From Paraspadella gotoi (taxonomy: Eukaryota > Animalia > Chaetognatha), in the NCBI GenBank assembly GCA_051294375.1, contig CM119269.1:6058735-6122734 (forward strand): 64,000 nucleotides of DNA, given 5' to 3'. The number at the start of each line of letters is the position of its first letter. Position 1 is the stretch's first letter. The translations under genes and the position numbers were made by a program. The notes under the pieces were generated by a model that worked only from the letters and a program-made list of their open reading frames with translations, was not told where the DNA came from and did no database searches. Shown one piece after another: positions 38,301 to 52,172 of the stretch.

Positions 38301-39175
38301 CAAAATACTCACAAAAAATTAACCACGATAATGCATACGCCATGTTATCGGCCTATGTTTTCGCCAATCCTGCGTATTTTTCCAACGTTAGCAAAAAGAA
38401 TAGTGAGAGAATTGAGCAGAAATGAGAAATTCGAGAGCAATGAAATGAGGAGGAAAGAGAGAAAAAGAAAGGAAAGAAAGAAGAGAAAGAAAGAAATAAA
38501 GAAATAAAGAAAAGAAAGAAAAAAAAGAAAGACAGTGAGAAAGCGAATTAAGAAATAAAAAAAAAGAAAATAAATAAGTAAGTTTTCCTTAAATAACCTA
38601 TTTCTTTAGAGACTTCACCCGCCCGAGACTGACTTTTCGTCTCCGACGGCGCCGTCCCCCCATGTTTCCAAAATCGCGCGCCCTCACATTGCTCCGCCGC
38701 TGGAGGGCGACGCTAAAGGACGACGCCAGCAGCTGAGACAAAAGGGATCCTGTTGTTGGCCAAGCAGTGAAGCTGCTCGCGTCGTCTTCGTCGTCTGTTC
38801 GTCGTCGTCGTTTGCTCATGGAGGGCGACGGTCGTCCGGCGACGTGACCTCGCGTCGGATCGATGTTGGCTCTAAGTTGATGGTGAGAGCGTGGAAGTGG
38901 CGCCGGGTGGGTAAGTGGGCAGGTGGATGTTGGCGCCGCCGGCAGGGGAATTATGAAGTGGGAGGTGATGTCGCCCGGCTCGGAGTGGGAGCCGTGGATA
39001 GTGGCGCCGGTTGGAGCCGTGGGAGACGGCGCCGCGATGAAGACGGGATGTGGTTGAGAGCTTTTCAGAAGACTGAAGAGGTTGTTTGCGGAAGTCGTCG
39101 TCGTCGGCCTCGCGAGATCAGAGGTGGCTGACTTTTCCAAGCTTGCCTCATTGCTCAGGCTTTGTACGGAGGCAT
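35397..39175 (-). CDS. Candidate multi-exon gene or pseudogene of unknown product
   Basis: GC-rich blocks bounded by AG/GT: ~39175-38600 (180-aa ORF), 36831-36702 (43 codons open, gtgagt donor), 36377-36093 (needs one frameshift), 35903-35694 (70 codons open, gtgagt donor), 35458-35397. No domain recognised. Confidence 0.5.
37200..37900 (-). mobile_element. Decayed LINE ORF2 C-terminal relic inside the first intron of the candidate gene
   Basis: SLGLIKRSL at 37826-37800 (cf. KAYRSLGLIKRSF) and CNE*PSALK near 37260 (cf. WN.LP), in the expected order. Confidence 0.45.
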
Positions 39176-42100
39176 CCAGGAGCGAGAGAGAGAGAGATTG
39201 TAGAATGGGGTGGAGAAGTACGAGAGAGAGCAGAGAGAGAGCAGACAGCGATGAGAGAAGAGAGAGAGAGAAGAGAGAGACGAGAGAGGAGAGAGAGAGA
39301 GAGAGCAGAGAGAGAAACGAGAGACGCAGAGAGAGAGGCAGAGAGAGGGTAAATTAAGATTTAATTTCGTTACTAAATTTTTGATCCTATTCATAATGCA
39401 AGTCAAAAAACCAAAATTAAATTAAAAATAAAACCAAATTCGTTTTCCAGTCTTCACTAACCGCTTATATGATATAAAACTACTATTTATATTAATTATT
39501 AATTATTAATTATATAAATATAATTATTATACATATAACTTTTTAATGATATTTAATATCACGTTTGTATTCTATCAAAAGAGAGTGCGTTTGTTTTCGC
39601 CCCCAATATTGCCTTTCAGTTTAGATTAGACGCAATCATCTTTTTCAAAATAAAAATAAATATGCATGTGATATTTTACCAATGCCTTTACGGAATTTAC
39701 TGCCTTAAAGGGAAAAACAAGTTTGGCAAAAACAATGTCGGATCTGGCCTACGATAATTAATTAATTAATTTGACATTAATTATAATTTATATTCAGCTT
39801 TGTCATCATCGATGTCTTTAAAATTGAGTCACGCCGACAGTTATTAAATGCTTTTGTTTACATTTTATCAAAACAAACAAATATATCCTCTAATTATCGA
39901 GCCAGGCCGGGCAAAGCCCGCGCTCCTGTCTCGATTTTTTTCGCGTTTTAGCTTTCGCGTCTCGCTTTTTTGCAGATCATGGCCTTCTGAAAAGTGTGAT
40001 TATGCATTACAGGGAGTTGAATTTTTCATATAATGGCTTCTAATCATCAAAGGATCTTTTTAAACATTACTCATGTTTCATATCAATATTGTATTGTTTA
40101 TTGTTTTTATTACAAAAAACAAAAACTGTATTTAATTATATTGTCGCTCTCTCTCTCTCTCTTTTATCTCCGTCACTGCTTCTCTAAAAAACGATGTTTC
40201 CGAGTCTCTGTTGCTGCCCGTCTGTCCAGCTTTCTATCATATAAGTTAAACTATTCTTACATTTACTGCGCTTCTCTCATCTACTGCTAACTCAGGTCTC
40301 TTGTGTATATATTTTTCTTATTAACTTTGGATTCAACAGTATGTATATTTTGATTTGAGTGAATGCTCCACCTTCGCATTATGATTTACCTACTGCAAGT
40401 GCTATGCAGAGATAGACTTATCAGTACTCATTTATTAATATCCAAATTAGTTATATAGAAACTGCTTAAATCTATTATACAGCTATTGCCAAGTTACTCT
40501 CATATTGAAGATGAAATTCTCAAAAAAAAAAAATTATGTTAAATCGTTATACTGGCTGCATTTCATAAATTATTATTATACAGAACTGCTTTTAAATAAA
40601 AATAGGGGGGACAATCAATCATGGAAGAAGCATATTATAGTGTAACTTTTTTGTAATAAGCAGAATGACCAGAAGAAGCCTAAGATTTTCGGGTTTACAG
40701 TATGATTGGAAAAAATTGTACAACAATGGTAACATTTTTTTTTCCTTTTCTTTATTTCTCTCCTACTCTACTCTCCTCCTCTCCTCCTCTCTCCATCTCT
40801 TTTTTTTTTTTTTTTTATTTTTCTTCTCTCCCTCTTCTTTCTCTCTCTTTCTCTCTCTCTCTTCTCTCTTCTCCTCCTTCTCTTCGATTAGTCAAAAACG
40901 AGCATCGGCTTGATAGTCTACCCATTCTCTTATATCTCTCTCTCTCTCATCTCTCTCTCTTTTCTCTTCCTCTTCTTCTCTCTCTTTTCCTCTCCTCTCT
41001 CTTTCCAGTCGCCTTCCGGCAACTCTTCTTACGTTAATTTAACTAATAGAAAATACAAAATTTCGGATTTTACATAAACTAGTCACTGCAAGTCAGACTT
41101 TCTTTCCTCTAAAACGAAAAACCGCAAAAAACCGCAACAGGGGGTTATGTCTCAGACACCACCCAGCCATTGAATGCCTTTCGAAGTTAAATTTCGATGC
41201 ATCCCTAAATATATCCCGACAACTTAAAGCTGCAACTTAAGGAAGAAAGTTCTGGGGAGGGGCTTCCATTGTCATTTTTGAAGCGTGACGACGGGTTTGC
41301 CAAACTCTAATAGCCACTGTTTATTGCAAACTTTCAATTCTACAAAATTAATAAAAAATAATATGTCAAAAGAAACCTTAGCGAAAGGAAGCTGTTGATG
41401 GATTATTTTAAAAAAATTATATTTAGTTTTTTAATACAAAATTAGTTCAGTTTCTCGCACGTTCTAGATACTAACTGTTGTGTCACCCATCCAGGCAGCC
41501 GGCAATACACAAACATTCAATTTTTTGCCATTTCGGCAAACGACCTGCCTTAAAATAATAATTCCCGCTACTGAAGACAAAAAAAAAACGAAAAAAAAAA
41601 AAAAAAAAAAAAAAAAAAAGCACATTATACCGTGCGTCTTTCTCAATACTCATCTTAATGTGACAAAGGAGATTTTTATTATCTAAAGTACGAAGATATA
41701 TTTCTGTTTTCTAAAACTCTCACATTTTCATGCATAATTATTTTGCCTTTGACAAGTAGCGGCTGATGGTATACCTCATGTACCTTTTCCGACCTGTCTT
41801 CGTCGTTATTATATCATCCTCTGCTCTCTCTTGCTCTCTTGTCTCTGTCTTTTGGCTCCCGTAAGCCTCCCCCCTCGTCCCTTACTCCTGTCCCGAGTTT
41901 TCCCCTCTTCGTTGTGCCTCATTCTCTTCTTGCCGCCAAAGAAAAAAATGCCGGAAGCGAATTTTTTTTTTTCTTAGCTCAGTGACAGTTTCGAAGCGTT
42001 CGCGACCGGCGGTTAGATTTCGGCAGGAAGTGATCAGAGAGTATAATGTATATATTTTTGGAAAAAAATGTCGTGGCAAGGACATTATTTTTTTAAGCAT

Positions 42101-42501
42101 GAACTTACATCGTCGTAAAGAGACGAAACTTATAGTATAATAGTAGTATGCCAAATATTTTATTCCAATAGAGCATAGGCTAATTCTGAAGACTGAGTAC
42201 CAAAGACGATACGAAAAGATCCGACTACATGTAGATGATTTCACTGACCACGAGAATATGCTGTGTCAGTGTAGAGAGTGGGGGCTGTGGATGGTCGTGA
42301 CGTCTGTCTGTGAGTGACTACTGTGCTGCTAGTGGAAAGCAATAGAGTAATGTCTCGCTCCATTCTGCCGTCCTCTNNNNNNNNNNNNNNNNNNNNNNNN
42401 NTCTTCTTGGGCCGAAGATAAGAAAAGAGAAACGGACATTTGATCTCACAGAAAAACTTGTAACGCGAGATCTTTCACAGTGAACATTTCACATTTCGCA
42501 G

Positions 42502-42591
42502 TCTCCACCGCCAAGCTCGCGTACGTGCGTGTGAGGACGGAAGTGTCAGCATCGATAATTACGGAACTGGCGTCGTTTCAGTCACGTGACC
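42502..42591 (+). CDS. Isolated candidate internal exon (STAKLAYVRVRTEVSASIITELASFQSRD)
   Basis: catttcgcag acceptor, 90 nt open in phase 1-1, gtgagt donor at 42592. No homology recognised. Confidence 0.25.
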
Positions 42592-43417
42592 GTGAGTGGG
42601 TGAGGTTCTTTCACAAGTCGTGGGTGGAATGGGGAGAGGAGGAGGAGGAGGAGGAGGAGGAGGAGGAGCAAAAGGGTAAGGAGGTGGAAGAGGAAGAGGA
42701 ACAGAAGAAGGAGGTAATGGGGAGATAAGCGGGAAATTAAAAGGAGAGACATAAAATAAATAGGAAGAGAAAACCCATCGTCGTTCGTTCCTTTTCGTCG
42801 TCCGCTTCTTCATCGGCGTCGTCCGCTTCTTCGTCTACATCGTCCGCTTTAACGTCAGCNNNNNNNNNNNNNNNNNNNNNNNNNNNNNNNNNNNNNNNNN
42901 NNNNNNNNNNNNNNNNNNNNNNNNNNNNNNNNNNNNNNNNNNNNNNNNNNNNNNNNNNNNNNNNNNNNNNNNNNNNNNNNNNNNNNNNNNNNNNNNNNNN
43001 NNNNNNNNNNNNNNNNNNNNNNNNNNNNNNNNNNNNNNNNNNNNNNNCCCGTCGAAAATACGACGACGCAATTATTACTCGTTATTACCGATTATTACTC
43101 GTTATCCACTTATACTCGCTAATACCTAATTACTAAATAATTAATACAGTTTCTCCAAGAATCTAAAATGATAATCGATTTTGGCGTTGCTGGGTTTAAA
43201 ATGATAAATATTTAATCTGCGTAATAATCATTAATCACTGGCGTCGTGGACCCAATTTAGAAAAAGGCATCCGTTGCCTCGTAATCTCAAAGGGAACTAG
43301 AAAGGCGAAACTGACAAGGTCGGAGAAATTTAGTTCTTAAACTTTACTCGTGGGAAGAAGGAAATATAATCTCGTCCTTGACGTCGTCGTCGTCGTCGTC
43401 GTCGTCGTCGTTTACAG

Positions 43418-43580
43418 CACGAGTCGAGGCGCCGTCGTTGGAATTTACATTACCGCCAGAGATTGTCCGGGGCGACGTCAGGCAATGTCGTTGATGAGAA
43501 GTGACAAGAGTCTCAGAGGTCCAAACGTGACAGCGCGAGGCAAGGGCGTCCATCTGACCGAATTGTCGCTTCTTTTCCGG
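43418..43580 (+). CDS. Isolated candidate internal exon
   Basis: tttacag acceptor, one open frame (TSRGAVVGIYITARD...LSLLFR), gtaatt donor. Not phase-compatible with the 42502 exon, and an N gap lies between them. Confidence 0.18.
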
Positions 43581-45096
43581 GTAATTTTTAATTTTTGTTT
43601 TAATTTCCTTTTTTCTTTCTCTCTTTCTTTCTTTCTTTCTTTCTTTCTCTCTTTCTTTTTTTCTTTCTTTTTTCATTTTTTTCTTTCATTCTTTATTTCT
43701 TTCTATCTTTCTTTCTATCTGTTCTTTTTTTAATATTTTTCCCCCTTCTATCTATTTTTAGTATTTCTTTAACATTCAATTTTCTATTTTCTCCCTTTTC
43801 TCCCTTTTCCTCCCTTTTTTTCTCTCATCATATCTGCTCAAGAAAAACCTAATTACGACCTGAGGAGAAGAGGGANNNNNNNNNNNNNNNNNNNNNNNNN
43901 NNNNNNNNNNNNNNNNNNNNNNNNNNNNNNNNNNNNNNNNNNNNNNNNNNNNNNNNNNNNNNNNNNNNNNNNNNNNNNNNNNNNNNNNNNNNNNNNNNNN
44001 NNNNNNNNNNNNNNNNNNNNNNNNNNNNNNNNNNNNNNNNNNNNNNNNNNNNNNNNNNNNNNNNNNNNNNNNNNNNNNNNGTATACACGGAATGTCATTA
44101 AATCGATTTTATGAATATTTTGAATTTTCGATGGTATGAGAAAGTATTTTACAATATATTGTTCAATAAATAAGCTATGTGGACACAAGCTAGGGTTGGC
44201 AAAGGCTTCCATCCCTTTTGCAAGATGCAAGATACAAGATTGCAAGTTTTCAATCAAGACTAGTCTAGTTTATTTTCCAAGAGGACCTGGCTTACTAATC
44301 ACTCAAGTGGTACATGACATTTTTATGAAATGTTTTAATTGTAAAAAAGCTCCACTGCCTCTGATAATTCTATATTACTATTTTTTCATAATGATGAAAA
44401 TGACAAAAAAATCATTACGACGCCGATGATACAACATCGGCAACAATTGTGACAGACATAATTGAGATGGGATTCTAGTGAGAATGGCGAGACGCTCACG
44501 ATGACAACGAAGACGATGACAACGACAACGACAAACGATCATAATAAAGACGATGACGACGACGAAAAAAGATGACACGATTCTTTTAAAAAAAGAATGT
44601 GACAACTTGCGCAGAATATCAATCAATCATCAGCAATCGGATTTGGGATTTTGGACGCCGAAAGCAGTTGAGAGGCAAGTTTTAACAACAACAACAACGC
44701 AAAATTTGCGGACAACAACAAAACCAATATCCTATCGGGCAAGCAGCAACGACGTTGCCTCAAGCAGATTGGTTAGAAGGATAACGAAAACAATGCCGAA
44801 AGCGCATTGGCGAATAATAACAACAACAACAACAATGGAGCGACGAATTCTCATGACGTAGATTATCGTTTTCGGCTCAGTTGTTGTTGTTGTTGTTGTT
44901 GTCCTCGCGTCGATTCCATTCTCATTAGGAAAAGCATCGTTGACTTTTACAAAGAAAGAAAAAAGCGAAGAGAGAAGCAAGGAGATACAGAGAGATTACT
45001 GAGGTCGCCGACTTGAAAACAAAGATCCTAATGGAGAGTCCTTTCTTTCTTCTCTTTTGCTCTCTCTTTCTCTCCTCTTCTCTCTCTCTGCCTCTC

Positions 45097-45151
<55 letters not shown>

Positions 45152-45993
45152 AGTGTCTCTGTTATTTTTTTATCTCTTTTATTACCTAAACAAGAAAAAA
45201 ATATATAACAACTGACACTCAATACAAGCTAAGTAAATGAGACTGAGATACACTCTCCAACGAAGGCAACGACGACCGACGACGATAAATCAACCGACAC
45301 GACGAGCCGACGCATAACTCTTGCCAACTCTTTTTTTTTCCATAAGTGAAAAAAATATGTTTTCCTTGTTTCCACTTTTATTCTATTGTCTTTACTCAGA
45401 CTATGACTAGGTGACCGAGCATAATCGTCTCACTCTCTTCTCTCCTCTCTCTCTCTCTCCCTCTCTCTCTCTTCTCTCTCTCTTGCTCTCTTCCCAACTC
45501 ACATATATTACTATAAATATACCCTTAATCTCAAAAGGGACTACACACTAACGCCGACAACACACAACGCCGACAACGACGACAACGACGACGATGACAA
45601 GACCCCCCTCATTTTCCTCTCCACCGNNNNNNNNNNNNNNNNNNNNNNNNNNNNNNNNNNNNNNNNNNNNNNNNNNNNNNNNNNNNNNNNNNNNNNNNNN
45701 NNNNNNNNNNNNNNNNNNNNNNNNNNNNNNNNNNNNNNNNNNNNNNNNNNNNNNNNNNNNNNNNNNNNNNNNNNNNNNNNNNNNNNNNNNNNNNNNNNNN
45801 NNNNNNNNNNNNNNNNNNNNNNNNNNNNNNNNNNNNNNNNNNNNNNNNNNNNNNNNNNNNACGCTCGGTCATTTATAAGAGGCAAAGTTATAAATTTTTC
45901 CCTTCGGCTTCGTTGAGTCGAGACTCGCGAGACTCAAAGGGAAAAAAGGCGAAGTTAGGATTTTAAAATAACGAAGTATAAATGTTACATACA

Positions 45994-46052
<59 letters not shown>

Positions 46053-46162
46053 TATTTATTTATTTATTTATTCATTGAATGATTCATTGATTGATTGATT
46101 GATTCATTGATTGATTGATTGATTAATTGATTGATTGATTCATTGATTGATTCAATCATTGA
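45994..46162. repeat. (GATT)n/(TATT)n compound microsatellite
   Basis: Direct reading. Confidence 0.95.
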
Positions 46163-46476
46163 TAACTATACAATTGATTCAGTAATACTCTTCTCTGTTT
46201 TTCTGTCGACAAATTCAAGCGCGTTAATCAAGAAAGAAAAAAGGTCAATAATCAAATCTTCATTTACTAGTGATTAAAAATTAAAAGTTACATTCTTAAC
46301 TAAACAAAACTCGTTTGTTTAACAAACCTACAAGAACAAGCATGGAATGTGCTTTCAAGTAGCAAGTGCATTTCGTTCTTTAGGTCATTTACATTGACGC
46401 TTCGTTGTCTCATTAATTCGCCCACAGGGTATTTCGTTATTCGCTTTTTGCAATCTCTTCGCTATCGTCAGTCGGT

Positions 46477-47350
46477 CCCCCTTCTCCCCCTCCTCTCCTC
46501 TTTATCTTCTTCTTTCCTCTCTCACTCCTCTATTTCCTTATTCCTCACTCTCCCTTCTTTCTTTTCCTCCTTCCTCCCTACATTGCCTCCTCCTCTCCTC
46601 TTTATCTTCTTCTTTCCTTTCTCACTCCTCTATTTCCTTATTCCTCACTCTCCCCTCTTTCTTTTCCTCCTTCCTCCTTCTCCCCAACTATCTCATTCCT
46701 CCCTACATTTCCTCCCCCTATCCTCCTTTCCCCTTATCTCCTTTTCATTCCTTTATTCTCTCTTCTTTCCCTCCTCCCTAACTTCCCTCTTTTTCTTCGC
46801 CTTCTCTCCTCTTCCCCTTTCCTCCGCTTTTCTCTTTCCTCCCCCTTCCTCTTCAGTTCCTCCTTTCTCCTCTCTCTTTCCACCTCTCTTTCCAGATTCA
46901 GATGATGTCCATTCTTGTTCTCTTCTACCGCATTTAATGCATGAGACTCTTTTTCCCTTTCCTTCCCTTTTTCTTCTACCTTTCTTTTCTTTTTTTTCCT
47001 TTCCTTACATTTTTCTTCTCCCTTTCTTTTCTTTTTTTCCCTTTCCTTCCATTTTTCTCTTCCATTTTTTTCTTTTATTCTTTTCCCTTTCATTCCATTT
47101 TTATTTTCCCTTTCTTTCCTTTTTTCTTTTCCCTTTCCTTCCATTTTTCTTCTCCCTTTCCTTCTATTTTTATTTTCCCTTTCCTTTCATTTTTCTTCTC
47201 TCTTTCCTTCCATTTTTCTTCTCCCTTTCCTTCCATTTTTCTTCTCCCTTTCTATCCATTTTTCTTTTCCCTTTCCTTCCTTTCTTATTTTCCCTTTCCA
47301 TTTTATTTTTCTTTTTCCATCTCATATTTTCCCTTTTCCTCTTTCCTCCG
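46477..47350. repeat. ~870-bp polypyrimidine low-complexity tract with internal repeats
   Basis: Almost G-free + strand; tttatcttct..ctcactcctctatttccttattcctcactctccc is duplicated at ~46500 and ~46600. Confidence 0.9.
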
Positions 47351-49051
47351 TAAGATGCGGCGTCTCTTAAGAAGATCATTTTTATTCGGTTCGTGGGTCG
47401 GAATTTCTGNNNNNNNNNNNNNNNNNNNNNNNNNNNNNNNNNNNNNNNNNNNNNNNNNNNNNNNNNNNNNNNNNNNNNNNNNNNNNNNNNNNNNNNNNNN
47501 NNNNNNNNNNNNNNNNNNNNNNNNNNNNNNNNNNNNNNNNNNNNNNNNNNNNNNNNNNNNNNNNNNNNNNNNNNNNNNNNNNNNNNNNNNNNNNNNNNNN
47601 NNNNNNNNNNNNNNNNNNNNNNNNNNNNNNNNNNNNNNNNNNNNNNNNNNNNNNNNNNNNNNNNNNNNNNNNNNNNNNNNNNNNNNNNNNNNNNNNNNNN
47701 NNNNNNNNNNNNNNNNNNNNNNNNNNNNNNNNNNNNNNNNNNNNNNNNNNNNNNNNNNNNNNNNNNNNNNNNNNNNNNNNNNNNNNNNNNNNNNNNNNNN
47801 NNNNNNNNNNNNNNNNNNNNNNNNNNNNNNNNNNNNNNNNNNNNNNNNNNNNNNNNNNNNNNNNNNNNNNNNNNNNNNNNNNNNNNNNNNNNNNNNNNNN
47901 NNNNNNNNNNNNNNNNNNNNNNNNNNNNNNNNNNNNNNNNNNNNNNNNNNNNNNNNNNNNNNNNNNNNNNNNNNNNNNNNNNNNNNNNNNNNNNNNNNNN
48001 NNNNNNNNNNNNNNNNNNNNNNNNNNNNNNNNNNNNNNNNNNNNNNNNNNNNNNNNNNNNNNNNNNNNNNNNNNNNNNNNNNNNNNNNNNNNNNNNNNNN
48101 NNNNNNNNNNNNNNNNNNNNNNNNNNNNNNNNNNNNNNNNNNNNNNNNNNNNNTGTTGAGGTGAGTGATATAAAAGTGGATTATGAGTAGCGAAACTCAA
48201 GAATGACGACAACGACGACGATGACAACGACGACGACGACAACCATAACTGCGAAACGGTTGACAAGAGCGAACGAGAAATCCATCGGTTATTGAGTTTC
48301 CTCGGAAATGGAAAAAGAGAAAAAAAAACCTCGTTGAATACAAATCAGAAAGAAATTGAAAAAAAAGTTGACAATCAATCATCAGATGGTCGATTGTGCG
48401 GAGAAGAAGGGCGACGACGACTGACTCCTGCAAGAGGTTGTCGAGGCTGCAATTCCATCTGCCAGACGAAAGCTTTTCTTTTTTGTTTTGGAATCTGTCA
48501 TTGGAGAAAACGTGTTCTTGTAGAAGAGAAACTGATGGAGGCAAGACTTCGAAGTGTTTGTGATAAATAACCTTGCTTCTCGCTTTCTTGGTCTTTAAAT
48601 TAAAAGAATGAATTTACTTTTATTCTTTTTATTTTTGAATTTATTCATCGCTTTACGCTCGAGTCTATTGTTTTGAGTTCATTCATTTCTATTGACTTTA
48701 TTCAAAAACATTAATTCGCTTCATTCCATTCGCCCGCGTTTTCACTTTCTCCTTTTATTTTCATTTCACTCCATTCCCTTCTTCGCCTTTCGTTTCATTT
48801 GTTTCATTTTCTTCGCTTCATTTAATTTTATTTCCAAATACGAAAAAAAATGAAATTGTTTGGACTCAACGACGCGAAACTTTTCCTCAATGGATTCGAC
48901 TTCTGCAGGAACTCAGAATTTTTTTCAATCGAAGCGGAAAGACAAAAAAAAATGGGGAAGAGAAAAGAAAAAAGATTTGTCGGATTCTTTCAGTGATTTT
49001 TGACTCGCATTCACTGAGTCAGTCTTTTTGATGCCCTAACTTGAATTTGAA

Positions 49052-49216
<165 letters not shown>

Positions 49217-49650
49217 ACAATACTTATCTCCCTTACGAGGCCTCACATGCACAAAAAAAAATTGTATTGTTAATGTAAACCATACGTCGAATGTTCAAAT
49301 AGCTATCCGAAAATTGAAATTACTCCCACAGTAGCAATAATGTAGTGGCTCCTAATTTTTTTTTTCATTACTTAAAATCTGGGTAAGTTAGTCCTGTCCT
49401 GAGAATATCGACCTCACTTTCACCCTCTCACTGACGGTCACCTGACCCCGTGGCCCCTTTTCTTCTCGTTGTTCTTCGATCCGAACTCGAAACCATTTCT
49501 CCGCCATAGACCTCGGCTGTGAGAGGGCGAAGGGGGGGGTGAAGGGAATCACAGAAAACGTGAAAAGAGAAAAGAAAAAGAAGGAAGATGAGGCGTCAAC
49601 CAGGATTTGCCTTCTCTGACAACGAGATGGAATTCGGACGTTGGTCCACA

Positions 49651-49701
<51 letters not shown>

Positions 49702-49814
49702 TAGAGAGAGAGAGAGAGAGAGAGAGAGTTGATCTCACGTGAAAGAATTACGAGGAAGAAGAGCTCACCGTCCTTCGCTTTTCTTGTTTGATTCGTTAAT
49801 CTCCAGTGAGCCTC

Positions 49815-49935
49815 AATCAGGCGGAGGCGACAAAATCAGGCGGAGAGCGAAAAATCAGGCAGAGGAAGACAAATCAGGCGGAGGGAGACAAATCAGGCGG
49901 AGGGCGACAAATCAGGCAAAGGCCGACAAATCAGG
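49815..49935. repeat. 19-bp minisatellite (aatcaggcggagggcgaca) x~6
   Basis: Direct reading. Confidence 0.9.
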
Positions 49936-50073
49936 GAGGTGGGTGTGAATGTCAAGCTGAATGTCAAGCGGTTGTATGAGACGAATATAATTATAATAAA
50001 CGAAGATGGACGAGACTTGTCAATCGATGTATTCAACTTGTCATTTCGTCGTCTTAATTAACATGACCAATCT

Positions 50074-50190
50074 TTTTTTGAGATTGTCCCTTTTTCCTTC
50101 CTTCTCGTTTCTTTTTTTGAGATTGTCCCTTTTTCCTTCCTTGTCGTTTCCTTTTTTGAGATTGTCCCTTTTTCCTTCCTTGTCGTTTCC
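50074..50190. repeat. ~39-bp tandem repeat x3 (ttttttgagattgtccctttttccttccttgtcgtttc)
   Basis: Direct reading. Confidence 0.92.
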
Positions 50191-51113
50191 TATTTTTATT
50201 TGTATCTTGCAACGAGTTTTTTTTTTCCTTTTCTCATTCAAAATCTAATTAGTTTTCTTCTTTTTATTTAATCTTCATTTTTCTCTCATCCCTTTCATAA
50301 TTCCTCTCCTATTTTCCTAACTTTTCTCCTCGTCCCTTCTTCCCTTTTCTAATACCTTCCTCTCCCTCCCTCTCTCCCTCTCTATATTTCACCCACCATT
50401 CCGTCCCACCCTCTCCCCCACAGACCTCGACCCCGCCATCCGTCCCCCAAATCTTTCCACACATTTGCTTCCTCGTATTTTTTTTTCCATCTCGCCGAAT
50501 TCCTTTCTTGTTTTACGCCGACCATTCGTTGTCATCTTTTATTTCTCCTTTCCGTTTTTCATCTTGAATACGATTTTCGCGGTCGGTTTTTTTAAAAAAA
50601 CATGATCGGTCCATCCATTGAGTTGCTTCGGAGTGACTTTCTGAGCCCATGTATTTATGACACACACTGCATCGGAATTCCGTCTTTTATTCTTTATAAT
50701 TTTTGAATTTCCTGAAGGCGGTGTCATCAATTACTTAGATTTGAGGTTATTTCCTGTCTTAACAAATGACAGACCGACCGACCGACGGACCGAACGACAG
50801 CCCGACCGAAAAGTGTCTTAGAGAGTTGCTCCGCGAGTACTCGCGGCGAAATTAAAAACCTTTTCACATTTCCTTTTTTTGCCCCCTCCCCCCCCTCCCC
50901 CCTTCCTAGATCCTTAGTTCACATTAAAGTAGACATTCCTTCCTTCCATACGTCCATCCGTCCATTCGTCCCTCTGTCCATATTTCCTTCTCTATCGAAC
51001 TTAGAAAAAAGATTTTATTTCAGTAGCCAAATGTCTGCATAAAAGCACAAATAACAAAGACATTGTAAATGCACCAAAAGGTACAAGAAATCAAAGACGA
51101 CGACGACGACAAA

Positions 51114-51148
<35 letters not shown>

Positions 51149-51924
51149 AATCTATTTTCTTCTCGATATGAGACGACAATGCGTCATTTGGCGAAGATCA
51201 TGGATCCCAGTTTTCGTCCCGTCGAGAATCACACTTACTCACACTTACTCACACCCGTTTATCGGATGATCTACTTTTCCGACAGGTTCACCGTCAGTGT
51301 TCATTTTTACAGACTTGATTTTTCGATGATCAAAATTTTTAATTTTCGGGTGATAAAGTTTAAAGATTATGAGTGATAAAATTTCGCGTTCTTGATAAGT
51401 GATTTCGAGCGTCAAAAATCATTTGTTTCTCTCGAAAGATCTAGATTGACTTTACTTCGGGTGATCCACATCTTCGGGTGATCAACATTCACATTATTCC
51501 CGGTGATCAAGATTCACATTTTCGTGTGATCACGTCGCCGAGAACTCAATTCCATTTCCACGAATTCCATCATTGGATTCTTTTTTCTTTTCTTCGATTC
51601 ACGGATGGGACCGAGGGAAGAGGAGGAGGAGGAAGAGGAGGAGGAGGACGACGACGACGACAACGACGGAAACGCCCCCGAGCGGATCGAGTTGATGGAA
51701 TCGCAGACGTTAATGATGCCTCACCTTTTTTGGCGAAACGAGAGAGAGAAAGTGAGTCAACCTGAGTCGACGTGAGAGGGCGTGAGGTGCGGTGAATAGG
51801 GTAAAAATGTTGACAAGTGAATGTTGACTTTTTTGAGTGAAAAGTGAGATGCTGAAACGTAAAAGGGTCAAGACTCCGAAGTGACTCGGTTCTATTCGAG
51901 TGAGTAACGCGAGAGTGGAAAGCT

Positions 51925-52172
51925 GGTTCAGGCTAAGATGGGTCAGTCTAAGATAGGTCAAGCTAAGATAGGTCAAGCTAAGATGGATCGTGCTAAGATG
52001 GGTCAGGCTAAGATAGGTCAAGCTAAGATGGATCGCGCTAAGATGGGTCAGGCTAAGATAGGTCAAGCTAAGATGGATCGCGCTAAGATGGGTCAGGCTA
52101 AGATAGGTCAAGCTAAAATGGGTCAGGCTAAGATGGGTCTGGCTAATATGGGTCGAACTAAGAAGGGTCAGC
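51925..52172. repeat. 15-bp minisatellite x~16 with a 45-bp higher-order period
   Basis: Variants ggtcaggctaagata, ggtcaagctaagatg and gatcgcgctaagatg cycle in fixed order. Confidence 0.95.

Noticed and set aside
40190-40232. Additional degenerate hammerhead on the minus strand
   Set aside because: The CUGANGA box is broken and the stems do not pair.
46349-48266. Long ORFs of 265-407 aa
   Set aside because: They are translations of a polypyrimidine tract and an N gap.
50831-50846. Perfect 16-bp palindrome ccgcgagtactcgcgg
   Set aside because: Isolated, with no Helitron CTRR end or other context; about one such palindrome is expected by chance in 64 kb.
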